This document shows, piece after piece, positions 61,640 to 64,000 of a DNA stretch of 64,000 nt. The position numbers and the translations under genes are program-made. This stretch comes from Desulfomonilia bacterium (GTDB lineage: Bacteria > Desulfobacterota > Desulfomonilia > UBA1062), in the NCBI GenBank assembly GCA_963664325.2, contig CAXXDQ010000002.1:239250-303249 (forward strand), written 5' to 3'. Within the stretch, counting starts at the first letter, position 1; the number at the start of each line of letters is the position of its first letter. Under the pieces are notes generated by a model, which saw only the letters and a list, made by a program, of their open reading frames with translations, ran no database searches and was not told where the DNA came from.

Positions 61640-63382
61640 ATGTCAAACATGGATGAAATCAAGACAGACCGGGAAAACGTAAACGAAATCGCGGAGGAAA
61701 ATTCAGGGCAGGGAACGGATCAGACCAATTATGAGGCACTGTATGGAGAAACATTCGGTAAATCGCTGTCAATCGGAGCGGTAATAACAGGTACGGTTGT
61801 TCAAATCGATGCCGAAAATATAATGATAGATGTCGGTCGGAAAATGGAAGGTAGCGCCCCGTTAAAGGAATTTCTGGATGAGAACGGCAATATAAGCGTA
61901 TCTATCGGGGACGAAGTAGAAGTTCTGGTTCTAAGCCTGGGTAAAAATATCAGACTGAGCAAGGAAAGGGCAAGATCGATCAAGGTCTGGGACGATATAA
62001 TAAAGGCGTATCAGGATAAGACCACCATAACCGGCAAAGTTTTAAACAGGATAAAAGGCGGCCTGATGGTCGACATGGGCGTTCAGGCGTTCCTCCCAAG
62101 TTCTCATGCATCGCTTTCCCAGCCGACAGAAGCGGACCTTGAAAAGCTGATCGGAAAAAAGATTGAAGTTACGGTTATCAAATACAACCGTAAAAAGAAC
62201 AACGTTGTTGTAAGCCACCGGGATGTTCTTGAACAGGAAAGGGATGCCAAGAAAAAGGTCCTGCTCGGGACTATTAAGAAAGGCGATGTGGTAAAAGGCC
62301 TGGTAAAGAATATTCTTGCATACGGTGCGTTTGTCGATATCGGCGGAATAGACGGACTCCTGCATATAACCGACATGTCATGGGGAAAGCTGAAAGACCC
62401 CAAGGAAAAAGTGGCTTCGGGCCAGGTTATCGATGTCAAGATAATCGACTTTGATCCCGAGACGGAGAAGATCTCCCTGGGCATAAAACAGCTTTCAACA
62501 GACCCGTGGGAAGGTATCGAATACCGTTATCCGATAGGAAAGAAAGTAAAGGGCAGGGTGACTTCGCTGACCAACTACGGCGCTTTCGTAGAGTTGGAAG
62601 AGGGTGTTGAAGGACTCGTCCATATTTCGGAAATGTTCTGGTCGAAAAAGATAAGGCACCCCTCATCAGTGCTGAAGGATGACGAAGAGGTCGAGGTCCA
62701 GATACTGGGTGTCGACCAGAAGGAAAGGCGCATTTCTCTGGGCCTCAAGCAGACAACGCCTAATCCATGGGATCTGCTGAACCAGTATTATATCGAGGGT
62801 GCGGTAGTCGATGCCAAGGTTAAGAATGTAACGGATTTCGGAGTATTCGTAAGCGTTGATGAAAATATTGATATAGACGGCCTTATACACGTGAGCGACA
62901 TATCATGGGATCCCAAGGTTAAGAACCCCAAGGATATGTTCAAAAAGGGCGATATCGTTAAGGCCAAGGTCCTGACCATTGACTCTGATTCGGAAAAGTT
63001 CTCGCTTGGAATCAAACAGCTTGAGCCTGACCCTTGGACCCAGATCGCCAACGAACATCCTGCTGGAAGTATAGTAAAAGGCAAGATAACAAGCATAACC
63101 GACTTCGGTGCATTTGTTGAAATCGCCCAGGGCATCGAGGGTATGATCCATATATCGGAAGTAAGCCGTGACAAGATAGAATCCCTGGCCGAAGTTCTGA
63201 AGGTCGGGCAGGAAGTGGAGGTTGTTGTCTTGAGGGTCAGCCCTGAAAACAAGAAAATAGGCCTTTCAATAAAGGCCCTTGACGATACGCAGACCAGGAA
63301 ATCGCTGCAGGAAACAAGCAAGGCCCCTGACAAGGTTGCAACTAACCTCGGTGATCTGCTTAAAGGCTGGCAGAAAAGCTGA
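61640..63382 (+). CDS. rpsA: 30S ribosomal protein S1
   Basis: Six S1 repeats (YGAFVD.GG.DGLLH.TD.SW, ISLG.KQL..DPW). Confidence 0.96.
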   Translation: MSNMDEIKTDRENVNEIAEENSGQGTDQTNYEALYGETFGKSLSIGAVITGTVVQIDAENIMIDVGRKMEGSAPLKEFLDENGNISVSIGDEVEVLVLSLGKNIRLSKERARSIKVWDDIIKAYQDKTTITGKVLNRIKGGLMVDMGVQAFLPSSHASLSQPTEADLEKLIGKKIEVTVIKYNRKKNNVVVSHRDVLEQERDAKKKVLLGTIKKGDVVKGLVKNILAYGAFVDIGGIDGLLHITDMSWGKLKDPKEKVASGQVIDVKIIDFDPETEKISLGIKQLSTDPWEGIEYRYPIGKKVKGRVTSLTNYGAFVELEEGVEGLVHISEMFWSKKIRHPSSVLKDDEEVEVQILGVDQKERRISLGLKQTTPNPWDLLNQYYIEGAVVDAKVKNVTDFGVFVSVDENIDIDGLIHVSDISWDPKVKNPKDMFKKGDIVKAKVLTIDSDSEKFSLGIKQLEPDPWTQIANEHPAGSIVKGKITSITDFGAFVEIAQGIEGMIHISEVSRDKIESLAEVLKVGQEVEVVVLRVSPENKKIGLSIKALDDTQTRKSLQETSKAPDKVATNLGDLLKGWQKS

Positions 63383-63409
63383 TAGTCTGCCTTGTTAACC
63401 AAAAAGCAA

Positions 63410-63450
63410 AACAGGCGGTTTGGGAATATCCGGGCCGCCTGTTCTTTTTT
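63410..63450 (+). terminator. Intrinsic terminator after rpsA (probably bidirectional)
   Basis: AACAGGCGGTTTGG-GAATAT-CCGGGCCGCCTGTT followed by CTTTTTT. Confidence 0.82.
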
Positions 63451-63999
63451 CTAAAATATATCCCAGACAACCCGTTTCCCTTCCCTCATGCGCAAAGACA
63501 GTTCAAGGGTGCTCCCTGTCCTTTTTGCCTGAACCTGCTGCCCGTCAACAAAGGCCTTTTCTCCGGGTATGCTTCCCGGAACTTCGATGTTCAATTTAAG
63601 CGAAGAGCTGACCGGCAGGCAGGCATATCCGCTTATTCTTTCAGCAGAGACATCTACACCGAAGAGGCTGCATGAAAAAGAGTAGTTCCCGTACGGTATC
63701 CCGGGCGATATTGTCCAGGAATCGGCTCCTGCTGAAATGCCTGCAAGCCTTGCCAGGGCGTACATCATCTGTGAATGTGAGTGGATATTCTGAACCGGAT
63801 AAGCCTGCGCGCCCAGGCTGAATACAGGGCTTTTCTGATACCACGACTCGCCGGGACGCGCCGAGTCCGGGCTGTTAAAGGCGTCAGGCCCGCTCCATAT
63901 GCCGTACCATTTGTCAGGGTAAAGCCCGGCATGCCAGGCCAGCGTGTTCTTTTTAAAGACTTCCCATGAAAGGCTCTTGTCAAAACCGGACAGGGCGAG
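63451..63999 (-). CDS. C-terminal part of a probable six-hairpin glycoside hydrolase/phosphorylase (5' end beyond window)
   Basis: One open frame from 63999: ...YPDKWYGIWSGPDAFNS...AYPVQNIHSHSQMMYAL...; the family is recalled from the motif, not verified. Confidence 0.55.
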   Translation of the reverse strand, partial: LALSGFDKSLSWEVFKKNTLAWHAGLYPDKWYGIWSGPDAFNSPDSARPGESWYQKSPVFSLGAQAYPVQNIHSHSQMMYALARLAGISAGADSWTISPGIPYGNYSFSCSLFGVDVSAERISGYACLPVSSSLKLNIEVPGSIPGEKAFVDGQQVQAKRTGSTLELSLRMREGKRVVWDIF

Positions 64000-64000
64000 G

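Noticed and set aside
63451-63999. Apparent fragmentation or frameshift of the last gene in the ORF track
   Set aside because: Manual translation gives a single open frame from 63999 to 63451; it is only truncated by the window edge.

Overview
A 64-kb stretch of bacterial chromosome. Gene content and order (ilvB-ilvN-ilvC-pssA-leuA, liv-paaK, type-2 leuCD) suggest an anaerobic deltaproteobacterium/Desulfobacterota; this taxonomy is inference. From left to right: (1) an ilv/leu operon, pal, an Ala/Pro lipoprotein and an ABC-F gene. (2) A ~17-kb TetR-headed acyl-CoA catabolic cluster (10.6-27.5 kb). It holds two Ltp4/Ltp3-like thiolase-fold pairs that lack the canonical Cys, four DUF35 Zn-ribbon/OB-fold proteins (one fused to tandem SCP2 domains), a DUF849 beta-keto acid cleavage enzyme, an acyl-CoA ligase, a Gct-type CoA-transferase, an acyl-CoA dehydrogenase pair and a split MaoC hydratase. 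Its module boundaries are marked by five intergenic hairpins built from inverted arrays of 7- or 8-mer tandem repeats. (3) An accessory region with a REP-like palindrome, an AT-rich orphan, a nucleotidyltransferase pair and exported hydrolases. (4) Housekeeping and transport genes, including a catalytically eroded CarB paralog, gap, BepA, bacterial XPB with its partner, a +1-frameshifted rsmA, tsaD, pyrE, a Liv transporter ending in a degenerate PaaK, psd and rpsA. I saw no rRNA, tRNA, CRISPR array or transposase. All family assignments are by eye from motifs; no database searches were run.
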